A DNA stretch of 64,000 nt from Antedon mediterranea (lineage: Eukaryota; Animalia; Echinodermata), in assembly GCF_964355755.1 (NCBI RefSeq), contig NC_092672.1:7502001-7566000 (forward strand), in the 5' to 3' direction. The notes beneath the pieces are model-generated. The model made no database searches. It had not been told where the DNA came from and saw only the letters and a list, made by a program, of their open reading frames with translations. The position numbers and the translations under genes are program-made. Shown piece by piece: positions 1 to 12,127 of the stretch (its first letter is position 1; every line of letters begins with the position of its first letter).

Positions 1-597
1 ATATCAGCCAACACAGGCAATGAGACATGCCTATCAAGACAGACAATACTACTAGCCTCCACGATTGAAGCAAAGTTTCTTGGCCTACTGTTTATATGCC
101 TCAACTGATGGTTGGAGTAGGCTCTCTGCACATTAAGGTCTCCAGCCCTGGTTCCTTTCCTACAATATTGACTACCAATGACATACTTTTTCAATCATTG
201 AAGAAAATGTTAACAGTTTATGTTAACATTTTGAGGAATTGCAGATTTTGTTTGGTAGATGTATTTACTGTATATTGAATGTACTCTATATTCTATTGCT
301 TTAATTTGTAATGCTGAGAGCTGTCGTCGTGTTGATGTTTCTAGCAATTGTTTATATCCTAATAGGCTTGCATGCTTGTTACTCGACAGTATAGCTATTT
401 TGTAACTAGCAACAAACGATTAATAAATGAATAAAAAACAAACACAAAACTGGATTGATTTTTTAGTTTTAATATCTTTTTAAATAATTTTAATTATTTG
501 TGAAGAAACAGCTTGAAACAAAGGAATTTTTTTTTTAAAAGTTTTATGTTTTTATATGATTTTATGTACAATGTACGAGCATATTTTGAGTCACATA

Positions 598-1478
598 TTT
601 CATTAGCTTCTTTGTACAGCAAAAGCATTGCATAATTCTGAGAAGGATAATTCACTATTATTATGTTACCTTCATTATGTTGTTATTTTTAACTCCATCT
701 TTATTGTTTTCATCATAAATTATTTTATGGTATACTATTCAAAATTTTTTCCGACATCATAATAAATAATGCAATTTCTTTCCTCATTATCATAATTTCC
801 ATTCGTTATTGTCACAATCCTATTTTCGAATCCCTATCACCGTTTTAGTAAATTATTTTATTTTAATCGCCAGCACAGTTCTTCGAGGTACAAAAACATA
901 TTCGGCATCTGCCACTAACCAACACGTACACACTGGCGCATCCCGAATACATATTTTTTAGAGGCCGATGGAAACCATTTTGTAAAACGGCACATTCAAA
1001 ACGGATCGGCGCTTTTGTCGATAGGCCTACATATTTTATTTTTCATTAGCTTCTTTGTACAGCAAAAGCATTGCATAATTCTGAGAAGGATAATTCACTA
1101 TTATTATGTTACCTTCATTATGTTGTTATTTTTAACTCCATCTTTATTGTTTTCATCATAAATTATTTTATGGTATACTATTCAAAATTTTTTCCGACAT
1201 CATAATAAATAATGCAATTTCTTTCCTCATTATCATAATTTCCATTCGTTATTGTCACAATCCTATTTTCGAATCCCTATCACCGTTTTAGTAAATTATT
1301 TTATTTTAATCGCCAGCACAGTTCTTCGAGGTACAAAAACATATTCGGCATCTGCCACTAACCAACACGTACACACTGGCGCATCCCGAATACATATTTT
1401 TTAGAGGCCGATGGAAACCATTTTGTAAAACGGCACATTCAAAACGGATCGGCGCTTTTGTCGATAGGCCTACATATT
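598..1478. repeat. Tandem duplication, two copies, period 443 bp
   Basis: 598-1035 is repeated essentially identically at 1041-1478 (tttcattagcttctttgtacagc...ataggcctacatatt). Confidence 0.92.
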
Positions 1479-2149
1479 CGACAAGATCACAACATCTTCT
1501 TGACCAATATCATGATTGTTATTGTCAACATTTACCATAATTGTTATTTTAAATAGGCCTACAAATTATCGTTAGAGGTATTATATTTTAGTAATTTTAG
1601 AGGGAATGCTTACTACCACTTGTACTGAACGATGTAACACCAACAGATGTCCGGAAATTTTTTTTAATAAGATATTTATTAATTTAGTAAGTTCCCTCTC
1701 TGTCAGCCTCGTTCCGTTATAATTTATATAAACGTTTTATGTGCAAGATGAAATGCGGCTAATTTTATTTTGAAAGTCCGCTTCCACTGTCCACCATGAT
1801 ATAACACCAACATATGTCCGGAGATGAATTAGTTGATTATTCTTGATTTTAAAATGACATATTTAATTGGGTTCTCACACTTGTACGGTCCCTCTGGGGT
1901 TTCTGAGATAATCGTTGCATGATTGTATTTGCCATACTAGATGATGAAAGTCGAAGTTGACGCGAATTCCCGTATAATTATTCGTGAATAGTTTTAGTTT
2001 TCAGTCCAAACTAAGCCAAATGCCTCAAATTGTTACGTATGCCCATTCGGGTTGTACCCATGCTTCTCTACAAAGTTATCACGAACGCTGAACATCTTGC
2101 GACCTATCACACTTACAAGACTTCTCCAATCAGAGCGATTATTGGCCAA

Positions 2150-2440
2150 AATAATAATAATGATAATAATATCCTGGGTTTATATAGCGCCTAATGTTTT
2201 AAAATCTCTAAGCGCTGAACATTATTACCCCAGTCATTTTTTAGATCAAACACGTATGGAAGCATACTCCCATAATGCAGCAAAGTTGTGGGTTGATCTA
2301 ACCGGGTACCCATTTTATACACCTGGATGGAGAGAGGCAAACGTAAGTAAAGTATCTAAAGGATACAAGCAATGTAGCGAGAGTTAGATTCGAACCTAGA
2401 TCTCACGATCAGTAGTTCCCGCGTCCAACACTCTGCGTGT
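2150..2440 (-). mobile_element. tRNA-derived SINE with CORE-like central domain; a 3' tail fragment also lies at ~4365-4445
   Basis: Minus strand: B-box GGTTCGAATC (2387-2396), central TGCCTCTCTCCATCCAGGTGTATAAAATGGGTACC, (ATT)n tail; the tail atatcctgg..agcgcctaatgt..ctgaacattatta recurs after exon 1. Confidence 0.7.
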
Positions 2441-3599
2441 GCATAGATGTTTCGTTTCGTATCATTTTCTATTATTTGTATCCATGGTTTTGGGTCGTCC
2501 TCTTGGTTCTATTTTTGACTATTATTTTATTCGGATAGAGATCTTCCACACCATGTCACGCATCTTCTCTCTATCACTGCATTTTCCTTGTTTGTGCTCT
2601 GTTATAGAAATCTATACGTTTATTATTATATTAGGCCATTTGATGCCTAAAATGCGTCTTAGAAATTTTCTGTGAAATATGTCAATTCGTCTTTTTATCG
2701 AGTCAGAGTATAAAGGTCACTATACGAATATGCTGGCCCCATATGTGTTTAAGTGCGAGTGGTGGCGTCTTCTTATTGTCCATCCAGTACATGTCATGTT
2801 TACAAAGTTATAAATTATTAAAATTTTAATTTTGATCGTAATTATGAAATGGAAATTGGTCTAGGGTACCTAATCTTATAAAATGTAAATATTCTTCTTA
2901 CTAAAGTCTTATTGTGTTTTGTTTATATTAATTCAGGACACTAATCAACAAAGTTGCTTAAACAGCCAATTTATTCTAAAGTTTCGATAAATAATAATAA
3001 TAATTGATTGGTCACCGACTGTTTTTGTATTATAAATATTTATTAAATTCAAATATTCAGGTCTCTGAACAAGAAGGTGATTACGCCCTCTATAAAATGT
3101 GCTAACAGTGAACATTCGGTGTACGTACTAAGGTTATGTTTTTTCAAACCTTACAGGAAATTGTAAGCATATCAACATAGGAATGTTAGTATCGCGGATA
3201 TTCCTGCAAAGAATGTTCACTTATCTTACTAAAAACTATCAAAACGATACGACTCACAAGTTCAACATATCCTAAGATAAATCATTCCAGCTTTGTTACA
3301 GTAGTTTGTTTCATTTAATTTTAATTTGTTCTATAAAAACGTTGAAGACTTCTAAACAGAATAAATGAAGCTTCCAGTGCTTAAAAAAAATAATTTTATT
3401 ATTTGTTAAATTAAGGCCTACCGTGTTGTCGGTGGGAACTTCGCTTCTATAAATCTACTAATTTGTATTCGATATTATAATTTCGAATTTTGCAATGCAT
3501 AATAAACGTTTACAGTATTTTGTTAGAAAACACAATTTACGATAACTAAAACATTTAAAATAAATGTACTGGTTGTTAGATTCATATTTACACTATTGA

Positions 3600-3918
3600 T
3601 AATAAACGGTGGAGCGCAAAAGAAAATTGTTTTCAAGTTGCTTAATTGCTGAATAAACCGCGCGTCCAATCAAAATAGGTTTTAGGCAATTAAGAAGTTG
3701 ATAACGAGGTTAGGGGATTCGACTTGTTACGCTTCGTTAACTTGTTGTCTTGAGAGCACCGCTTTGAAGATCCGACCAGCCAAACCCAGGCAGACCTACT
3801 CAGCACGCTGGCTAACTTTCTCCAAAGTTTAACACTTTTTATCGGATATCTTTCACAGTTGTATTGTAAGTAATTGCAAAAAGAGGTTTAGGAACCTTTA
3901 TTAAGTGTGAACTTCGAG
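3600..3918 (+). promoter_or_regulatory. Probable promoter/5' UTR of the NtA-agrin transcript
   Basis: Locally GC- and CpG-richer stretch directly upstream of the ATG with a CCAAT box near 3666; the TSS cannot be located from sequence. Confidence 0.35.
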
Positions 3919-4321
3919 ATGGTTCGTCTGTTAGGCCTAATGGTGCTGGTGGCATTGATGCACACAACTGGTCCACAATGTCCGGAAAAATCGATAGAGA
4001 AGCGAGAGGAGGATGCGAATATTGTGGTATCAGGGCTGGTGGATCGTATCATGAGAGAACCAAAACAGATGACATACAGTTGTGAAGTTAAAGTTATACG
4101 GATTTTTAAAGGTGGGAATCACGTTGGGGACGATATGGAGCAGGATAATATGATAATGGTGAAAGGATTTGGTAACCCACATCTGTGTGAAAATACTGCA
4201 CATAAAGGAGATGTAAGAATTTTAATGATTAATCAAGATTCTCAAGGTCAATATTCTCTCAATTCAAGTTTGGTTCGAATTACAATTGGAAATCTAGACC
4301 ATGCTGAAGCAGCTGTTTCTG
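3919..4321 (+). CDS. AGRN: Agrin first coding exon: signal peptide + NtA (N-terminal agrin, laminin-binding) domain; secreted LN-type isoform
   Basis: ATG at 3919 gives MVRLLGLMVLVALMHTTGPQ (signal peptide-like), then CPEKSIEKREEDANIVVSG..YSCEVKVIRIFKG..GFGNPHLCEN..GDVRI..LNSSLVRITIGNLDHAEAAVS, matching NtA motifs of vertebrate agrin (CPERALERREEEANVVLTG, YSCKVRVWRYLKG, GFGDPLICDN, LNSSLMRITL). Ends G|GTAAGA, phase 1; 403 nt. Confidence 0.93.
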
Positions 4322-4822
4322 GTAAGAATATTTCAAAATATAGTTTTGTTCTTTATTATATTAATAATAATAATATCAATATCCTGGATTTATCTAGCGC
4401 CTAATGTAAATGTTGTGAAACCTCCAAGCACTGAACATTATTATTAATCACTTACCTTTGATTCCACAGCCATCATCTGACTTAAACTTTTACACTTACA
4501 GTGAAAAAAAGAAAAAAAAGTTTAATTCTAAGATTCTGTTCTTACCAGTTTATAATGTACATACATACAGATATTATATTAATGCTGTTGCTATGCCTGA
4601 CATTGCAATGCAAGTTGCATGTAAATAACTTGATAACTAGAGTCTTGACTCAAAATTATTTCAACTATATATTTCTTCATGATCTAAAAATATACATAGG
4701 TCTCAAACCGTCAATCCAAAATCAGTGAGTGACCCAACTTATAGCTGCTGAACTTTTTTGTATTAAGAGGTGGGGGGGGGGGGGGGACTTTGTGGCTGGG
4801 GGTGTTGGCAGAGGGGATAGGG

Positions 4823-7768
4823 CTTTGTGTCTCCTTCTTCTTTGGTCTGATGAAAATATTAAAATTTCACATTTAGATACCAGGGAGTACGGTACACCTA
4901 CTTTATTACATTATGAACTACTTTTGATATATATGTTTAAATAGACTGATTAATATAGACATGACTAACTAAACTATAACTATATGTTAGTGCTTCCTAT
5001 TTTAAAAATCCTGGGTACATGATTTCTTAAACAGGAGTTGTGCCTTTTTCTTTTGTATCTAGATATTGTATCACAATACAGTGTGAAAATACAATTTTCC
5101 CACAACTTGTTCATTGTCCTATTCCAACATATAATTTTAATAGCTAAGAATGACTATATGGATTTATTGGCCCTTTGTATGATTTAATCTAAGTTATAAT
5201 GATGGATTTTTAAGGTCAAATACACTTTCTTTCATCAAAGACAAATAATAGCCCAGAAAAGCTACTTAAAAAGAGAAGATGTTTTTTGTGGTAAAGGGTA
5301 AAGTACTTGCTAGTGCTTATAAGTCACAGCATGGCAATCTGTTATGTCACTACAATAAGCTCAATACCACATTGTATGTGTTATGCGCGATTTGAACGAT
5401 TTGCGCAATTTGAAATTGCGCAAAAAAATCCTTGCGCAATTTGAAATTGCGCAAAGAATTCTTGCGCAATTTTAAATTGCGCAAGGATTTTTTTGCGCAA
5501 TTTCAAATTGCGCAATCAACTTGCGCAATTTCAAATTGCGCAAGAAAATCTTTGCGCAATTTTAAATTGCGCTGCACAATTTGTAAATTGCGCAAGATAG
5601 TTCTTGCGCAATATGACACCTTTGCGCAATTTGAAAACGAACTGTAAATTTTCCCATACATGGCTAGGCTAGGCCTAGGCAGAGGAGTTTAAAATTTAGT
5701 ATTTTATTATATAAATAAGACCATTTCAATGAAGATAATGTTTAATACTCACTTTTTAAGTTTTTAATATTAGTTTAAGCTAGGCCATGTAACCTAGTCA
5801 GTATCAGTAGTCCAGACCCTAGCTAGGCTAGAGTAGTATAGCCGGCCGCCCGCGCCGCGCCCGCCTGGTGGAACACCACCGCTTCGTTTTCCTTCGTCGG
5901 TTCTTCGACGGTATGCTAACTTATAACAATATTTGCACTACTAAAATAAGGAAATGCGATATTTATCTTTAATTTTGAATCATTCTTAGAAATTACTATA
6001 AAAATATGGGTGTGCATGATTTCACAATCTGTCGAAAAACCTTGCGCAATTTGCAGATTACTTGCGCAATTTAATACGTTGCTTGCGCAATTTGAAACAC
6101 ATGTTTCAATTCAAATTGCGCAAGGATTTTTTTTGCGCAATTTCAAATTGCGCAAATCGTTCAAATCGCGCATAACAGATGCAACAAAATGTATCCATAA
6201 ATATATTCATTGTTAAGTTTACATTGGGAAATAAAGGATGCCAGAGTGTATGTTGTACTATCTTAAGCTACACTAGTTTGACAAAAAAAGTGTAATGTGC
6301 CCAAATATGGTAGTGGTATGACATCATCATGTCTGTAAATGGGCACATCGCATTTTTTTTATCACACAAGGTTTGATAGTGTAGATAAGGCTTTAAAATA
6401 ATGTTTGCAATGCTATGTCTGACTATTCTCCACTCTTGAGAATTATATTATAATTACCTGTAAGAGAAAGGAATGTCAAGATAAAGGTGTATCCATGTAT
6501 CCTGTCATTAAATGAACATATTCTATTTGTCCTCTAGTCAAGCTTAACATCAACAGAAATAAGGTACATCATTCTACACCCTCCATCTGGTTAATCCATA
6601 TATTTGTAACACACCATAAGTTGTTTCCATGGTGGTAAGAAAACTCCTGCTTAAAATAATGTTATTTGCAGTTAACCACAAAATCAGTGTGGTTTACCAT
6701 TACTTTGTGTCTCCTTCTTCTTTGGTCTGATGAAAATATTAAAATTTCACATTTAGATACCAGGGAGTACGGTACACCTACTTTATTACATTATGAACTA
6801 CTTTTGATATGTATGTTTAAATAGACTGATTAATATAGACATGACTAACTAAACTATAACTATATGTTAGTGCTTCCTATTTTAAAAATCCTGGGTACAT
6901 GATTTCTTAAACAGGAGTTGTGCCTTTTTCTTTTGTATCTAGATATTGTATCACAATACAGTGTGAAAATACAATTTTCCCACAACTTGTTCATTGTCCT
7001 ATTCCAACATATAATTTTAATAGCTAAGAATGACTATATGGATTTATTGGCCCTTTGTATGATTTAATCTAAGTTATAATGATGGATTTTTAAGGTCAAA
7101 TACACTTTCTTTCATCAAAGACAAATAATAGCCCAGAAAAGCTACTTAAAAAGAGAAGATGTTTTTTTGTGGTAAAGGGTAAAGTACTTGCTAGTGCTTA
7201 TAAGTCACAGCATGGCAATCTGTTATGTCACTACAATAAGCTCAATACCACATTGTATGCAACAAAATGTATCCATAAATATATTCATTGTTAAGTTTAC
7301 ATTGGGAAATAAAGGATGCCAGAGTGTATGTTGTACTATCTTAAGCTACACTAGTTTGACAAAAAAAGTGTAATGTGCCCAAATATGGTAGTGGTATGAC
7401 ATCATCATGTCTGTAAATGGGCACATTTTTTTATCACACAAGGTTTGATAGTGTAGATAAGGCTTTAAAATAATGTTTGCAATGCTATGTCTGACTATTC
7501 TCCACTCTTGAGAATTATATTATAATTACCTGTAAGAGAAAGGAATGTCAAGATAAAGGTGTATCCATGTATCCTGTCATTAAATGAACATATTCTATTT
7601 TTCCTCTAGTCAAGCTTAACATCAACAAAAATAAGGTACATCACTCTACCTCCTCCATCTGGTTAATCCATATATTTGTAACACACCATAAGTTGTTTCC
7701 ATGGTGGTAAGAAACTCCTGCTTAAAATAATGTTATTTGCAGTTAACCACAAAATCAGTGTGGTTTAC
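4823..7768. repeat. ~1.07 kb tandem duplication (4823-6697, interrupted by a MITE; 6703-7768, uninterrupted)
   Basis: Both copies start ctttgtgtctccttcttctttggtctgatg and end aaatcagtgtggtttac, differing by a handful of SNPs/indels. Confidence 0.93.
5378..6178. mobile_element. Non-autonomous TIR element (~800 bp) with about 20 TTGCGCAA subterminal palindromes
   Basis: TIR TGTTATGCGCGATTTGAACGATTTGCGCAATTTGAAATTGCGCAAAAAAA at both ends; absent from the second duplicate copy (empty site cattgtATGcaac), implying an AT or ATG TSD. Confidence 0.9.
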
Positions 7769-7896
7769 AAAATTGTCTTTCTGTTAATCATTGGTACAAA
7801 ACTTATGTAATATCAAGTGTTTCTCACTCTCAACCCACTTGAATTTGGAAGTTTATGTCGAAAAAAAAAATTAAAACGAATATTGATTTCCCTATT

Positions 7897-10517
7897 GGGT
7901 CATTCCATGTCAAATCACCCAATGGGTTAAACCCTACTTTCTTCAAATTTGCTCAAATTTGGTTTTTGGGTTATTTTTAGCTAAAAAACCTGAAATTTTT
8001 AATTTGAGCGCCATACGACCAACGGTTCGCGTGCTACGCGCCGTCGTTTCTTCGCGATTTTGCGCAAAATCGACGCGGCGGGCTATACTTAAATGACCTT
8101 ATCTCCGTAACGTGTGGACCGATTTTGTTGTGACGGGTATCTTTGGAAAGCTAATTGTTAAAGCTATCCAAATCATCCATTTACTTTTGAGATAGAACTA
8201 TTTAAAAGATGTATAACTTATTCTATTCCATTTGACCTAGGATTTGACCTTGTGGGACAAATTTTTTTTAGATGAAATTTTGTGAAAATTATCTCCTACA
8301 TGATATTTACATAATATAAAAAAATTGGAGATATATTATTTTTTGTTTGCTTTCTAGCTCATTTCAAAATTGGCTTACTTCAACAATTCTGGTATTTCTA
8401 TACAGTGTAGATGTATTGTCGACATTATATCACTACCAAATTTACCTCTTAATACTATGGGTGTCACTGTCAGATTATTTAAGACTATAACAATGCTTTA
8501 ATTATATTTTCATGCTCCATACAAAATAATTATTACTTAGGTAAACATCTGTACACCATTTGACTACCCCATTTGGTTAGCCAAGGATGTACCATCAGTT
8601 TATGGCACTCTTTTCACACTTTCAAGCAAATTGAATCTTGAATTTTTTTTGTTTGATGATATAAACTTTGAAAACATTGATTGTTCTTTGCTGTTCATCA
8701 TTATTTTACATTTTTGTTCATTGTATTCTGTTCACTTATTTCTTCACTTATAATTAGGCTATAATTACGTTATAAACGGCATGAACCGGGGTGACGATAC
8801 GTGGGTTGGGGCAAGTAGGGTCCAGTCATTTCAAGTAAAAATACCACTTGCCCCGGTCCATGCCGTCTAGCTGCCATTTATGCAATTTTAAAACATTACT
8901 ACAATTTTAACATTTTTATAAAAAATGCAATATAACCGCATAAATTTATAGGGCTATAATTACGTTATAAAACGGCATGGACTGGGGTGACGATACATGG
9001 GTTGGGGCAAGTAGGGTCCAGTCATTGCATAAAAATACCACTTGCCCTGGTCCATGTCATCTAGCTGCCATTTTATGCAATTTTAAAACTTTACTACAAT
9101 TTTACGTTTTTGTAAAAAATGCAATATAACCACATGATTTATAAGGCTATAATTAGTGGTGGTATTTTTCAGAAATGAGTGGACCCTACAGTACTTGCCC
9201 TACCCATGTATCATCACCCCGGTCCATGCCGTTTATAATGTAATTATAGCCCTATATATCATGCATTTATATTGCATTTTTTATTTTAAAAATTTAAATT
9301 GTAGTAACGTTTTAAAATTGCATAAAATGGCAGCTAGACGGCATGGACCAGGGCAAGTGGTATTTTTATGCAATAACTGGACCCTACTTGCCCCAACCCA
9401 TGTATCGTCACCCCAGTCCATGCCGTTTTATAACGTAATTATAGCCCTATAAATTTATGCGGTTATATTGCATTTTTTTTTTTAATGTTAAAATTGTAGT
9501 AATGTTTTAAAATTGCATAAAATGGCAGCTAGACGGCATGGACCGGGGCAAGTGGTATTTTTACTTGAAATGACTGGACCCTACTTGCCCCAACCCACGT
9601 ATCGTCACCCCGGTCCATGCCGTTTATAACGTAATTATAGCCTAATTATGAGTGAAGAAATAAGTGAACAAAATACAATGAACAAAAATGTAAAATAATG
9701 ATGAACAGCAAAGAACAATCAATGTTTTCAAAGTTTATATCATCAAAAAAAAAAAAATTCAAGATTCAATTTTCTTGAAAGTGTGAAAAGAGTGCCATAA
9801 ACTGATGGTACATCCTTGGCTAACCAAATGGGGTAGTCAAATGGTGTACAGATGTTTACCTAAGTAATAATTATTTTGTATGGAGCATGAAAATATAATT
9901 AAAGCATTGTTATAGTCTTAAATAATCTGACAGTGACACCCATAGTACTGTATTAAGAGGTAAATTTGGTAGTGATATAATGTCGACAATACATCTACAC
10001 TGTATAGAAATACCAGAATTGTTTAAGTAAGCCAACTTTGAAATGAGCTAGAAAGCAAACAAAAAATAATATATCTCCAATTTTTTTATATTATGTAAAT
10101 ATCATGTAGGAGATAATTTTCACAAAATTTCATCTAAAAAGAATTTGTCCCACAAGGTCAAATCCTAGGTCAAATGGAATAGAATAAGTTATACATCTTT
10201 TAAATAGTTATATCTCAAAAGTAAATAGAAGATTTAGATAGCTTTAACAATTAGCTTTCCAAAGATACCTGTCACAACAAAATCGGTCCACACGTTACGG
10301 AGATACGGTCATTTAAGTATAGCCCGCCGCGTCGATTTTGCGCAAAATCGCAAAGAAACGACGGCGCGTAGCGCGCGAACCGTTGGTCGTATGGCGCTCA
10401 AATTAAAAATTTCAGGTTTTTTGGCTAAAAATAACCCAAAAACAAAATTTGAGCAAATTTGAAGAAAGTAGGGTTTAAAATGTCATTTTTTTTGGGTGAT
10501 TTGGTATGGAATGACCC
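7897..10517. mobile_element. Foldback non-autonomous DNA transposon, Sola2-like, with ~1.25 kb inverted arms
   Basis: TATT|GGGTCATTCCATGTCAAATCACCCAA ... TTGGGTGATTTGGTATGGAATGACCC|TATT: 4-bp TSD and GGG..CCC termini; arms nearly identical up to a centre near 9155; internal ~190-bp subrepeats; no transposase ORF. Superfamily call is inference from termini and TSD. Confidence 0.88.
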
Positions 10518-11780
10518 TATTACTGTATTACAATTTTCCAGTGAATGTGCACGCCTTTAAAATAATTTTTGTTTGTTATTTTTCCAGAAATGTCCCAATC
10601 AATAATCATGACATATTATTATTGAAGAATTGCCCAAACCTTGCACCCCATAAACACTGGCAATGTAATGTCATATATCTATATCACTTTGTAAAAAGGT
10701 GGCATCATACTGTATTTTATTTCAAATTCTTGAATGGTATCTGCTGATAAAAATTATGTTTCCCATCTGGTCACTGCATTATATTTCAGTTGCCCCAGAA
10801 AAATGCTTGTTATCATAGGGTGTTCCATATTTGCTGGATTGAATTAGAATACTGTTTTCTCTATCCATTGCCAAAGGAAAAAGGGGCCTCAAATTTCATT
10901 ACTAAATCCAGGCAAGCTGTCATCAAGTCACTGCCACTTTCTGACACTAAAGGGACATTCCTTTTGACAGCTGACACCTTAAATGTCTTCTTAAAACATA
11001 TTGAATAATTCTTCTAAAATCCAGAATTCTTGATTCCAAGTTCAATAGTTGTTTTGAAAATGGTTGTACATGATACTGTTACTGTTGGTAAAGAGGGTGA
11101 ACAATTGGGATCACCTAGGGGGCAATTTGTAACCCTTGATGCATTACACCAAACTCTTTGTGATATTAGGAGTTGTGTATAAGAACTGCTTGTGACAAAA
11201 ATGTGTATTCTGTAATTTTAAACCTAGGCCAAATTTGTTAAGAATGAAATCCAAGTTGTACATCGTGTGTATGGTTCTGCAAACTTTTTTATTTAAAAAA
11301 TAGCCATATTGCTGATCAGAAAAATAGGTAATATTGCGTTTTATGCTATATCATTAATGATAATGTGTAGTATTTCAAAGGTGGTATTACTATTTGTCTA
11401 TACTGTACTGGCACTGACAAATTGTTCCCTGTATTTCTGCATTTTTCTGAAGCTTGGTCTATACTGTTAACATTAAAGGTTGTAGGGTTTTCTCACTTTT
11501 TTTTATTATAAAATTTGTTATATAATAAAATATAGTAAATTGTTGCAAATTCTCATAATACTGTACACAATTAGGAAATTAACTGAAAGAACAATTAATT
11601 GGATTGAACATGAAAATGTGTGTATTTGCAATCATAAGTAAACTTTTTACAGTCACACCCTATAATATTCGTCTGAATATGTCAGTTTCTCACACCTTTT
11701 CATAGACAGTTAGGGTGAGGTTCCATGTGGTCTATGTGGAGTTCAGTTGTTGAACGATTGAGAGTGTTAGATCTTGCAGA

Positions 11781-12127
11781 AAAAGTAACACCTCTCAGCA
11801 GTCGTTATGCTCACAGATGAGTGAATTCCCCCTTGCTTGGATCCAGTATAGTACTAATAGGACCTTTTAAAAGTAACGCCTCTCAGCAGTCGTTATGCTC
11901 ACAGCTGAGTGAATTCCCCCTTGCTTGGATCCAGTATAGTACTAATATAGGACCTTTTAAAAGTAACGCCTCTCAGCAGTCGTTATGCTCACAGCTAAGT
12001 GAATTTCCCCTTGCTTGGATCCAAACTACTAATAGGACCTTTTAAAAGTAACGCCTCTCTGCAGTCTTTATGCTCACAGCTGAGTGGATTTTCCCTTGGA
12101 TCCAGTATAGCGTTAATGGGACCTTTC
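11781..12127. repeat. Minisatellite, ~87-bp unit x4
   Basis: Repeated aaaagtaacgcctctcagcagtcgttatgctcacagctgagtgaattcccccttgcttggatccagtatagtactaataggacctttt. Confidence 0.9.

Noticed and set aside
1-450. Possible 3' end of a LINE or of an upstream gene (AATAAA at ~422 and ~430)
   Set aside because: Too degenerate and truncated by the window edge to call.
2052-2387. 111-aa ORF upstream of agrin
   Set aside because: Non-ATG start and mostly antisense SINE sequence.
3907-4404. ORF-track start at 3907 and C-terminal tail to 4404
   Set aside because: 3907 is GTG; the eukaryotic start is ATG 3919, and sequence after 4321 is read-through past the GTAAGA donor. The flanking extensions of the FS ORFs are likewise intronic.
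5432-6216. ORFs with LRNFKLRK repeats
   Set aside because: Translations of the TTGCGCAA palindromic repeats of the MITE.
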